64,000 nucleotides of DNA from Octopus sinensis (GCF_006345805.1 NC_043021.1:23064001-23128000); one strand, 5' to 3'; positions 13,677 to 25,152 are shown, numbered from the stretch's first letter. Numbers and translations: made by a program. Notes: generated from the sequence alone by a model not told the origin.

Positions 13677-13906
13677 GAGGCGCAATGACCTAGTGGTTAG
13701 GGCAGCGGACTCGCGGTCGCAGGATCGCGGTTTCGATTCTCAGACCGGGCGTTGTGTGTGTTTCTTGAGCGAAAACACCTGAAAAGCTCTACGAGGCTCC
13801 GCAGGGGGTGGTGATCCCTGCTGTACTCTTTCACCACAATGGTGGTGCCCCAGCATGGCCACAGCTCAAGAGCTGAAACTGGAAAAACAAAAACAAAAAC
13901 AAACAA
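13677..13906 (+). mobile_element. SINE family C (tRNA-like head), short form ending in the adjacent LINE's tail
   Basis: GAGGCGCAATGACCTAGTGGTTAG...GGTTTCGATTCTC boxes; tail nearly identical to 12607-12649. Confidence 0.9.
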
Positions 13907-14898
13907 CTGTGTCTTATTGTATATCATTTCTCTTCCAGTCCTGGTGGAAATACCCAGAATAACAACCGCTACGTATATTCCAGTGCCTTTTATTTTCATT
14001 GTTTCCTCATATTCTGTTATGTTCTAATGTTTATTCCTACGACCGTTTCGAAAGCTCCGCTCTCTAGCATTGGCAAACGACAATCCAGATATACGCAGCT
14101 GTTCCTCAAGGAAGTTCATTGTATTCAGTTCCTGCTGTCTGTATAGACGAAAGCCCACCCGTGCTGCCCTTCAAATCTCATATCCAAAGTCATTTATTTA
14201 AAGGCAGCTGCCTCTAATATATCCGTACTCTAAATCAACGATAATTAAGATGCGGGCACGCACCACCGACCCACTCCAACGGAAGCTAATACCATAAAAC
14301 ACAGTATATTTTAACGCAGTATACAGTAACCTGCCGTCAAAAGTGCCCCAGCACCTAACTGGCATGCAAGATGTGGCAACAGATGTAAAGAAAAATTTTT
14401 TCAGCATTATGACCACGTGTCTGAGTTGTCCACCAGAGACCTAAAACCTAGAAACGATATCAAATTTGTCTCTAACCTCTCAGCATTTCCCTTATATCTG
14501 ATGATATGGACGCCAATTGGTGTCACAGGCATATAGTCATATGGAAATTATAACGCTGTTATTATTCAAAATGTCGGAAGTCCAAAACGTCGCTTTTCCA
14601 GAGAACGAAAATATAGTTTCACCAGTTCATTTCTTTTTACATTAGTAAAAGTTTCAGATTAACAATAATGCTTACTTTGCCGCATAAAAAAAAAAAATTA
14701 ACACCATGCATGTATGATATTTTCAGTCAGAATGCTAAACCGTTGTACTACACTTTGACAATCTTCATCTGAAGCAGGTAGAGATGAAATAGTTTGACCA
14801 AAAGAAGCGGCTATTGTAAGCAAAATTAAATATTGAAAAGAACGGATCTGGCCACATTTGGACTTACGACAGTTTAGTTTAACATAATGTCAGCGATA

Positions 14899-14962
<64 letters not shown>

Positions 14963-15271
14963 TATATGTATGTATGTATGTATATATATGTGTGTATATA
15001 TATATATATGTATATATATGTGGTATATATAGATATATATATAAGTAGCATATGCAAATACTGAAATGACAATTGCTTATATCTATATGTATATAAGATA
15101 TATTATGCGCATTTTAAATATATTTTGTTTTCCAATTAATAACATAACACATGCATACACGTACAGACATAAATACACATATTCATGCGTACACTCGTTT
15201 ATACATATCTATCTATCTATCTATCTGTCTATCTATCTCTGAATATATATATATATATACACATATATATG

Positions 15272-15302
<31 letters not shown>

Positions 15303-16061
15303 TATTATTATATATATATATATATATATATATAGCATATATATATATATATATATATGTATGTATAGATGTGTGTATATAGAAATGTACATATATGTAT
15401 AGATATAGATATATTATATATATAATATATATATTTTATAATATATATAAGTTATACTTATATATATTATATATATTATATATATATATATATTACATAC
15501 AGTTATATACACACACGCACACACATATTTATAGACATCTGCTTTCTTCATATATGTTCCGGTGTAAAATAACTAGTTCACATCTTCATTACATTTATCC
15601 TTTCTTTTCCTATTATTGAAGAAATTAAAAATGAAAAAAGTATGATATATCTTTAACCATACAAAACTCTTTCACTTACTCTTTCAAGTCGTTTTATGTT
15701 TTTCTTTCAATTTTCGGGTATCTCCATAAAAGGATGCTTATATTTCGAAAAGAAACACAGGAAACGTGCCAACAGCAGCAAGAACAGCAACAACAACATC
15801 AGCAACAACAATAATACCCAGAAGAGTTTAAGGGGTTGAAAATGATCTATAAATAAGTTGTTATTAAATTATAAAATGTTGTAAAGTACTAATAACACTA
15901 CAAAATATAATCATATGTGGTTTTACCATGTGACTTGAAATTAGATGTCTCTCAAGCGATTTTATCAACACCAAGTAAGTAAGCACTAAAAAAGAATGTG
16001 ACTCTTATCAAATGAACGATATTTCGACATCTCTTGTGTCTTTATAATAGTAATAGTAATA

Positions 16062-16660
16062 AACAAATAGAAGTAGTGAGACATGGCTATGGTTACAAAA
16101 AGTAAAACAGAAGAAGGGAGACAGAAAGTTTCTTAGTAGCAGCACAACATCAAGCATTATGGACGAATTAGTTAAAAGCAAGATAGACAAAAACCGAGTA
16201 GATTACCAATATATGTTATGGAAATCAAAAGAGGAAGCTTTTACTCATATAGTAAGTGGATGTAACATGCTGGCACAAGAATACAAGATATGAGAACCTG
16301 GGGTGAGTAATCCATTGGGAGCTTTGTAGAAAGCTAGGATTTGAACATATTAAAAAATGGTATGAATATGAACTTAGTCAAGTAAAGGAAAGTAAGAAAT
16401 ACAAGATGTTGAGGGACTTTAACATTCAGAATGAGAGTAATAGAAGCTAGAAGGCCTGATTTAGTAGTAATAGATAAAGAGAATAGAAAATGCCAGATAA
16501 TTGAATTCATAGTCCCAAATGATGAGAAAATCAATATGAGAGGTATAGAAAAAATAGCGAAGAACTAGCACCCAGCCACTGAATTACAAAGACTATGAAA
16601 AGTGCTGGGAAAATCTATCCCAGTAGTTATAGGTTTATTGAGAACTATCCCTAAATATAC
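16062..16660 (+). mobile_element. R4/Dong-clade LINE, degraded C-terminal fragment
   Basis: DNA homologous to 23087-23560; decayed zinc-knuckle and RPD(L/I)VV..IID-type restriction-like endonuclease motifs. Confidence 0.75.
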
Positions 16661-16701
16661 ACAAAGAAATACACATAGATAATACATACGCACACATACA
16701 C

Positions 16702-16753
<52 letters not shown>

Positions 16754-16756
16754 CGC

Positions 16757-16955
16757 TTTTTACTCTTACTCTTTTACTCTTTTACTTGTTTCAGTCATTT
16801 GACTGCGGCCATGCTGGAGCACCGCCTTTAATCGAGCAATTCGATCCCGGGACTTATTCTTTTGTAAGCCCAGTACTTATTGCCGAACCGCTAAGTAACG
16901 GGGACATAAACACACCAGCATCGGTTGTCAAGCAATGCTAGGGGGACAAACACAA

Positions 16956-16988
<33 letters not shown>

Positions 16989-17159
16989 CATATATACGAC
17001 GGGCTTCTTTCAGTTTCCGTCTACCAAATCCACTCACAGGGCTTTGGTCGGCCCGAGGCTATAGTAGAAGACACTTGCCCAAGGTGTCACGCAGTGGGAC
17101 TGAACCCGGAACCATGTGGTTGGTAAACAAGCTACTTACCACACAGCCACTCCTGCGCC
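16757..17159 (-). mobile_element. SINE family A, near full length
   Basis: High similarity to the 11271 and 38555 copies. Confidence 0.95.
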
Positions 17160-17478
17160 TACTATATATATAGATTTAAGAACTTGAACAAATACAGCTT
17201 GATATATTTTTGTTTTTTACTTGCTAATTTACGCGCAAACATTTTTAAGCGGAGGAAAGAAGTCGATTACATCGACAGCAGTGCTTCGAGTTGCACTTAT
17301 TTAATGACACCGACGGAATTGGAACTCAGAACCTAAAGATCACAATGAATGCCACAACACAAACTTCATTGGTCGGTAGGCGATAGCGAAATGACTCCAA
17401 ATATTTTGACCGCTGCCAATAAGCGTTCTACTTGTTTCCTAAAGACGTTGATATAATGAGGAATATGGGCTGTGGCGG

Positions 17479-17546
17479 CGATGATGATGATGATGTTTAT
17501 AAGGGAGTGGAAGATGATGATGATAAGGAGGAGGGAGTGGTGATCC

Positions 17547-17580
<34 letters not shown>

Positions 17581-17598
17581 CGACGACGATGATGATGA
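17479..17598. repeat. (GAT)n/(GAC)n tract
   Basis: Direct reading; source of the poly-Asp and poly-His artefact ORFs. Confidence 0.9.
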
Positions 17599-17763
17599 CG
17601 TTCATCAAAATCAGTACGAATCATTATGACCAGGCTTGGGCGTTTCACCCATTACAGCATCCATGCTATTAACACTAAACACACAAATACTGGATCCGCC
17701 CACGTTCAAGTTCGTGGCACAACAAACAGAGAATGAAATATCACATCATACAGACTTATTATG

Positions 17764-17797
<34 letters not shown>

Positions 17798-17812
17798 TAT
17801 TATTATTATTAT

Positions 17813-19790
17813 TCAGTAGTTTTATTTTTATAGCGTGCTTTCACTTCACTACCGAGCGCAGCTCTGTGTGCCTTGGGTATGTGCTGTGATTTGTTGTGAT
17901 GCTCTGATGGTTATTGTATGGAAAGTGCTCTGCGTAGGATGTGTGCAGTGCCTAGTAGTGCAATTTTCTGTATGATATATGTGTTTGTAAGTCCTGTGTT
18001 TTTGTTTGTATTTGTCTGAATATTTTTTTATCATGCCTAATGCACCTACTATGATAGGAATGTTTTCTTTTTCAGATTCCACATTCTAGTTACCTCTATT
18101 TCCAGGTCTTTGTATTTGGAGAGTTTCTCCATTTCTTTTAGAGACACGTTGTCATCTGCCGGTATTGATACATCAATTAGAAAGCATTTTTTTTCTTCAT
18201 GATCTGACAACTATATCTGGTCTGTTGGCCTTAATTTCTCTATCTGTGTGTATCGGCATATCCCAGAGTATTGTTGCTTTCTCGTTTTCTGTAACCTTTC
18301 TGGTGTGTGCCTATACCATCTTTTTTCTGTTGTTATTCCATAATGTTGGCATAGCTTCCAGTGTATGTAGGTTCCAACTCTGTCATGTCTGTAAATATAT
18401 CCTTCTTAGCCAGGACTGGGCAGCTAGAGCAATATGATTATTGTTTCTTGTCCATCTCCACATATTCTGCAGTTACTTGTAATATTCTTTTCATTACATG
18501 TTTTTGGTAATTTTGGTGGGGGAGGCTTTGGTCTTGTGCTGCAATTAAAAATCCCTCTGTTTCTGCTTTGAGTCCTGAGCTTCTCAACCATTGCTGGGAT
18601 CTTTCTTTGTCTATTTCTTTTGCGTTTAGTTTAGTGCAGTATTTACCATGAAGGGCTTTTCTTGCCATCGTTTTATCATGGTTCGTTGCTGTTCTATTTT
18701 TAGTTTGGATTTCATTTTGTTTTAGCTTTTGTTGTTTCTTCATCATCTCTTCTTCTTCTTCTTCTTCGTGTTTATTAGGTGGTATGATTTCTTGTTTGTA
18801 TTTGTCAGCTTCCTTAAATACTGAGAACAGTTTTTGTTTTGCTCGTGTTTTGCTGCTATCTGGATCAGTTTTCCTTCCTTCTGAAGTAGGTATTTTTGCA
18901 GTCCTATGGTGGTTATTTTATAGTAGTTTTCCAGCTGTATAAGGCCTCTACCACCTTCTATACGTTGTATATATAGTCTTTCTATGTCAGATTTTGGGTG
19001 ATGATGCATCCTAGATCCTGTCAGTATTTTTTGTTTTCCTATCTATTTTGGACAGTTCATTTCGTGTCCAGTTAAGGATATTGTAGCTGTAACTATAACT
19101 GGGACAGCTAAAGTGTTGATACCTATTATCTTGTTTTTAGCATTGAGCTCTGTTTTTAGTATTGATCTAACTCGTCTATAATATTCTTTTTTATTTTCTC
19201 TTTCATTTGTGTGTGTGTGTCTTATCTAGTTCATGGATTCCTAAGTATTTGTAAGTTTGGCTTTGGTCTAATTCTTTTTTCATTGGTTTTATCTAGTGTG
19301 ATGTTGTTACTTTTAACTAGTTTTCCTCTTTCATGGTTACTTTGGCGCATTTTTCTAATCCAAATTTATCTATTTCTTTGGTAAATCCATGAACTGTCTT
19401 TAATATGTTTTCCAGCTGTTTGTCATTTGCAGCGTATAGTTTTAGGTCATCCATATATAAAAGGTGGCTGATCGTTTTTACCGTAACATTTATATCCGCA
19501 TCCAGTTCTATTAGCATATCAGATAGAGGTGACAGTGCCAAGCAGAAAAGGAGTGGAAAGAGCGTGTCTCCCTGGAATATTCCTCTTCTGATGGGGATGT
19601 CTTTGGTTTTCATGAGTCCCTCTTTTGTTTGGAGATGTAGGACTGTTTGCCATTTATTCATAGAGTGCTCTATGAATTTTATGATTGTTGATGCTACTTT
19701 GTTAATGGCTAGTGTTTCAAGGATCCATGTGTGGGGGATGCTATCAAACGCCTTTTTGTAGTCAATCCAGGCCATACTGAGGCCTTTCTT
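17813..19790 (-). mobile_element. R4/Dong-clade non-LTR retrotransposon, 5'-truncated, with RT, CCHC and restriction-like endonuclease; frameshifted
   Basis: MAWIDYKKAFDSIPH, RGIFQGD, HLLYMDDLKLY (RT); RLYIQRIEGGRGL; GLKAETEGFLIAAQDQ; CRICGDGQET..H...C, RHD, ANRPDIVV..LIDVSIP..KLSKYKDL (RLE); 3' end runs into (TAA)n. Confidence 0.93.
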
Positions 19791-19950
19791 AGCGGTAATT
19801 CGTCTGCCGTTTACGTTCTGAGTTCAAATTCCTCCAAGGACAACTTGGCCTTTTAATCCTTTCGGGCTCGAGAAATTAAGTACCAGTTTGGCACTGGGGT
19901 CGATGTTTGTCTCCTCTATGTTTAGTTCTTTGTGGGTAATAAAGAAACAC
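19789..19950 (+). mobile_element. SINE family B, headless fragment abutting the Dong 5' truncation
   Basis: TTAGCGGTAATTCGTCTGCCG...GTGGGTAATAAAGAAA. Confidence 0.85.
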
Positions 19951-19951
19951 A

Positions 19952-20023
<72 letters not shown>

Positions 20024-20045
20024 TCACCATCATCATCATCATTAA

Positions 20046-20252
20046 GGCGGCGAGCTGTCAGAACAGTTAGAACGCCTGGAAAAATATTTTGAAGCAATTT
20101 GTTCCGTATTTAGGTGTTCAAATTCTGCTAAGGTTGACTGTGCGTTCATCCTTTCGAGTTCGATAAAATAAATACCGGTTCAATACTGCGGTCAGCGTAA
20201 TCGACTTACTCCCCCTCACCGAAAATACCGGCTCCGTGCCAAAATTTGAAAT
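20046..20252 (+). mobile_element. SINE family B variant (monomer, different 3' end)
   Basis: GGCGGCGAGCTGTCAGAA head; TTCATCCTTTCGAGTTCGATAAAATAAATACC core. Confidence 0.8.
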
Positions 20253-20264
20253 AGACATTAATAT

Positions 20265-20300
<36 letters not shown>

Positions 20301-21366
20301 CGTCGATGAAAACGACGACGATAATGATGAGGATTTTGATGATGATGAAAGAGAGACCGTCTCACGTGAATGAAAGTACTACAACGTTACTAGCTATGCA
20401 CAAAACCCATAAACTTTCGCGGGTTTAACCCTAATGACCCCTGTGTAATACTAGTAAAACACCACAAAACCTCACAACACAAAGGGTGCAAGTTAACCAG
20501 CTAAAACTAACACACTGTTGGTAACTGATCAAAACCAATAAGCGAAGAGCAACAAATAAATAAACCTTCTGGTAATCACCATGGAAACAATCAACTAAAT
20601 GTGAAGCTATAGCCTCGACCCCCACAGCAGTAACCAGAGAAGAAAAAAAAAACAAATTAAAAGCGGATATCGGGAACAGATTAACTAGAGTTAACTTTCA
20701 GTAAAATTTGTCACAACAATATAAAGATTATGGAATTGACCGTAGAAACAGGAAATCGATAAAGTTGGATCGACGGAAGTTCCTCCCTAGGCTACGAATA
20801 AAATCCATTCTTTGGGACTTTATAACTAAATGCAATAGGTACCTACCCAACCCTCTACCCTCTTTTCATCTACCCAAGGAATTACTTCCACAGAAACGAA
20901 CTGGAACATCAAAAAAATATAAATGACCTAATTTATTTTGTATCCATGGCATTATCGGAGGAAATCTGGTTCGATGAATATACAAAGGAATGGTCTGATA
21001 CGGAAAAAAACAAACAGGAACTAAATATTGCAAGAAAATAAAATCGAATCTCTAGCAGACATCCTGAGAGTGAAATACAGATTAAAATTGGTCGTTTTAA
21101 CAAAGTTATGCAGGATATTATTTGGGGATAAAAGGAAAATACAAACGAAGAATACATGAGCATGTCTTTCAAGTTTCAAATTTGGAAACAACTAGGAAAA
21201 AAAATATTTAAAGAGACATCAATAACAAAGTTATAAACCAACATCAACAGAATCCCAAATATTTTATACTGTGTTGGTGTTACATGGATAGAAAATGTGC
21301 TGTTCAATAAATTCATAGAAATGTGTAGGAAAAAAAATAATAGAGATATGTACGGTGGTGGGGCGA

Positions 21367-21730
21367 TATAATAGTTGTATACTGTCAATTTAACGTGACA
21401 GTAGGAGATTACACCACCGCTGTTTAGCCCTAGGAAGCATCGAACGCTTCCTGTCGGCTTCGAAACATTTACTGTGTCCTTATAGATTTACGAAGGGGAG
21501 ACAAATACCCCCAACAGCTAGGCCTGCATCTAGAGACACGCATGTTTCAGGGTCTTTGCCCATCATCGGTCTAGAGTAGCAGAAGCCTGCTAGCTGCAGA
21601 TATCTGTCTCGACTTAAGGACACAGTAAATGTGTCGAAGCCGACAGGTAGCGTTCGATGCTTCCTAGGGCTAAACAGCGGTGGTGTAATCCCCTACTGTC
21701 ACGTTAAATTGACAGTATACAACTATTATA
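21367..21730 (-). mobile_element. Fold-back element (116-bp inverted arms, 132-bp spacer) carrying a hammerhead ribozyme; PLE pLTR relic or MITE-like derivative
   Basis: Arms 21367-21482 and 21615-21730 are reverse complements with 3 mismatches; HHR lies in the spacer. Confidence 0.8.
21529..21575 (-). ncRNA. Type I minimal hammerhead ribozyme (U4C core variant)
   Basis: Minus strand: UCUAGA-CCGAUGA-U GGG CAAAGA CCC U-GAA-ACA UGCG UGU-C-UCUAGA; stems I-III pair, GUC cleavage triplet. Confidence 0.75.
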
Positions 21731-21819
21731 ATGATAGAGAAAACCATGCAATATCAAATGGGACAAGGAGTGGATAATTCAACTTGCTAAAAATTCAGTA
21801 TTAAAATAAAACCTGATAA

Positions 21820-21958
21820 GGCACATGCATGGCTGTGAGGCAAGGGCTGTCTCTCAACCTCATGGTTTCGCGTTGAGGCCTACTGAGGGCAGGTTCTTCC
21901 ATAATCTCGAGCCAACAAAAGCCTTGTGAATGGAGACTGAAAGTAGCACTTAGTATGT
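21820..21958 (+). mobile_element. SINE family A head, degraded
   Basis: GCATGGCTGTGAGG...CAAAAGCCTTGTGAATGG..ACTGAAAG. Confidence 0.6.
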
Positions 21959-21966
21959 ATGTATTT

Positions 21967-22033
<67 letters not shown>

Positions 22034-22053
22034 TGTGTGTGTGTGTATATGTA

Positions 22054-22113
<60 letters not shown>

Positions 22114-22140
22114 ATATGTATATATATATGTATATATGTA

Positions 22141-22333
22141 GGTCCCGGGTTGAGTCGGGGTTAACCACAGTAAATAAGGTACTCAATACATAGCAGAGTA
22201 AATTAATTTATTTTATAGAAGGAGCTTCTACAGGACTAGAACTGTTTCATTCAAAAGAATGCTTCCTGATGATTTCTTTTGAATGAAACGGTTCTAGTCC
22301 TGTAGAAGCTCCTTCTATAAAATAAATAAATAA
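22141..22333 (+). mobile_element. PLE pLTR-like relic: inverted partial copy followed by a complete HHR copy
   Basis: 53-bp arms 22207-22259 and 22274-22326 with 1 mismatch; flanked by (TA)n; right copy matches 61439-61495. Confidence 0.75.
22261..22309 (+). ncRNA. Type I hammerhead ribozyme, canonical core
   Basis: GCUUC-CUGAUGA-U UUC UUUU GAA U-GAA-ACGG UUCUAGUC CUGU-A-GAAGC; 5-bp stem I, GUA triplet. Confidence 0.8.
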
Positions 22334-22369
22334 ATATATATATATATATATTACACAAAATAATATAAC

Positions 22370-23562
22370 AAAGGTAAGGCTGTGAGGAGTTTTCAAATTA
22401 ACTATTTTCTCCACTTGGATGAACTGAAGCTTTTTAGTAAGGATGAAAAAGATATAGATTTCTTAACACGGAATGTAAGACTCTTCAGCGAAGATATAGA
22501 TATGGAATTTGCCATAGATAATTGTGTAATATTAGTCAGGAAAAGGGGGCAGGTAGTCATCAGAGAAAGCAACCAATTACCAGATGACCAGACGTTGAAA
22601 TCACTGAAAGGAAGAGAGAGTTATGAGTACTAGGTGTATTAGAAACTGGCATTTTACTAACTACAGAAATGAAAGCGACAATTGAGGAGTATATCAGAGC
22701 TAAATGGTCTGAATCTAGTGAAGGCTGTATCATTACTTAGATATACAGCAGCTTTTATAGATTGGACAAAAACGGAATGAGAAAAGAAAGAATTCAATAT
22801 GAATGGGGGACTCCAGCTAACAGCAGGAGCAGTAAGATTATACTTACTTAGAAAGGAAGATGGAAGGGGATTAATGTCAGTGGAAGACTGCATGGAATGT
22901 TAGGTAGAGTAGATATAGATTCTTATGTAGGTAGTAGGTAAGTAAGTTTCTTAAAAGCTACTAAAGTCACAGAAACATATAGAGAAACCACAAAAAGGCA
23001 AACGAAGTTAAAATAGAGAGAATAGAACAAAAGATATCTGATTGACAGGAGAAGGTTTGCACGGTAGATTCCCAAGTATAGTTGCAACAAATAGTAGTAG
23101 ATCTCTACTACATGGCTATGGCTGCACAAAGAAAAGCTGAAGAGTGAGATAAAAAGATTGTAGGTGGCAGCAGAAGATTAAGCATTAAGGACTAATTGGA
23201 TAAACGCCAAGATAGACAAAAACCAAGTAGATTCCTAATATTGGTTATGCAAATCAAAAGAGGAAAGTGTTACTTATATAGTAAGCGGATGTAGCATGCT
23301 GGCACAGAAAGAATACAAGGAAATACATGACAATCTAGGGAGAGTAAGCCACTGGAAGTTATATAGAAAACTAGGATTTGAACATACTGATAAATGGTAT
23401 GAACATGCACCTAATAATGTACTAGAAAGTAAGAAATGTAAGATATTGTGGGACTTTAAACACTCAAACAGACAGAGTAACAGAAGCTAGAATGCCTGAT
23501 TTAGTAGTAGTAGATAAAGAGAATAGAATGTGTCAGATAATTGACTTCACAATCCTAAATGC
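22370..23562 (+). mobile_element. R4/Dong-clade LINE fragment, second and older subfamily
   Basis: INYFLHLDELKLFSK (YMDD relic), SYEYLG, RLYLLRKEDGRGL, MLAQKEYKEIHDNLGRVSHWKL, KILWDF, then a PD-type RLE; many stops. Confidence 0.85.
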
Positions 23563-23670
23563 TTTTCTACTGAGACACAAGGCCAAATGTATTGAGTGTA
23601 GTATTGAGCTAGTTCATTACATCAATTCGACTTCGTGGTTGGCACCTTATTGATCCCGAAGGAGAAATGG

Positions 23671-24086
23671 TACCTATTTCTTTACTACCCACAAGGGGCT
23701 AAACACAGAGAGGACAAAAAAGGACAAACAAACGGATTTAGTCGATTATATCGATCCCGGTGCGTAACTGGTACTTATTTAATCGACCCCGAAAGGATGA
23801 AAATCAAAGTCGACGTCGGCAGAATTTGAACTCAGAACGTAGCGGCAGACGAGATACCTATTTCTTTACTACCCACAAGCGGCTAAACACAGAGAGGACA
23901 AACAAGGACAAACAAACGGATTAGGTCGATTATATCGACCCCGGTGCGTAACTGGTACTTATTTAATCGACCCCGAAAGGATGAAAGGCAAAGTCAACCT
24001 CGGCGGAACTTGAACTCAGAACGTAACGGCAGACGAAATACGGCTACGCATTTCGCCCGGCGTGCTAATGTTTCTGCCAGCTCACC
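23671..24086 (-). mobile_element. SINE family B dimer nested in an older family B-type element (~23575-24210)
   Basis: Two body units plus head; 16/18 flanking duplication at 23657-23674 and 24091-24108. Confidence 0.88.
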
Positions 24087-25152
24087 GATTCGAAAGAGAA
24101 ATCGTACCGTCCACATTGGTTAAATTTCAACTCATGACGTAATATGTCGGAGGTAATGCCTCCAATCTTTTTCTCCGACACCATATCTATTCCGCTAAAT
24201 CTTCTTTGAGAAATATAGTTTTTTTATGTCTACCATATAGGCACGCGCATCATTTTATATCATCATTTCTTGTTTTTATGTCATTCTTAATCTGCCGAAT
24301 AAGAAAATTTCTTTATTGGTGAGTTGTGAACTATTTTGATTTTCGCTAATTCGTAATATGATAAATATACTACTAGAGAAAAAAATGAGAGTAGATTGTT
24401 ATAATACTTTCAATAACTACTTTTATATTAACAAACACTAGTCTTAATGGCTTCGCCTGGAAAAAATAAGTGAGAACATTTTCAAGAAAACCAACATAAA
24501 GGGAGAAATGATTATTTTATGACAAGTATATCTGTATCTTTAATAACATTCCTAGTGAAGGAATTTAAAGTAAAGCTTTATAATAAAACTGAATATTCTA
24601 GGAATAATATATTGAAAATAGATGTCCGAACGCCAAAATCAGAAACATTTAGGGTCAATGAGGCAATATACATGTGCTTTTCTGCTAAAGCATACATAAA
24701 TTATGAGATTATTGTTGGAAAAAATGCTGCTATGAATTCTGAAATTCCCCGACGTAGAATTTGTGACAATATGTCTCTGAGCAATTATAGAATTGATGTG
24801 ACTGGTTAAGCTATATTTTTGCTAGCATAACGTAAGATTTACAGGTATTTTGTCTTGCAGAACAATAAGACAAATTGAAGATGCTGCCACCGATGCAAGT
24901 GTTGGATTTGCAGAGAGTCAGGGAGATATTGAAATGGAGATTTAATGCATTTTTACTATTCTTGAGGAGGTTGTTGATGCCTTAGATTAAACGAAGCATG
25001 TAATCGTTGCAAGTGGTGTTGATGAAGAATCGAATATTACCGAAAAATTTGTTTGTTTAGATTAATAAAGATAGATTAATTACGATACAATTAAAAGAAT
25101 AATTATCAATAAAGATGTCGATTTACCAAAATTAATTAAGATTGGAGAAAAT

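Noticed and set aside
13677-13745. tRNA-like cloverleaf at SINE C and D heads (also 26527, 30672, 37599, 39743)
   Set aside because: These are SINE heads that continue into CORE-like bodies and lack a proper acceptor stem; not tRNA genes.
14020-14125. Minus-strand CCTTGAGGA...AGCTTTCGAAACGGTCGTAGGAATAAA, a possible decayed HHR; also a ~90-codon open + frame at ~13878-14147
   Set aside because: Core and stem I do not register, and it is single copy here. The frame has no start or recognisable motif.
21420-21482. HHR-like half motif in the fold-back arm (GAAACA TTTACTG TGTC)
   Set aside because: Stem III and GUC fit, but there is no CUGANGA core and no stem I pairing upstream.
24519-25150. 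96-aa ORF and downstream coding-like text (IEDAATDASVGFAESQGDIEMEI)
   Set aside because: No recognisable domain and several stops; cannot be called without a homology search.
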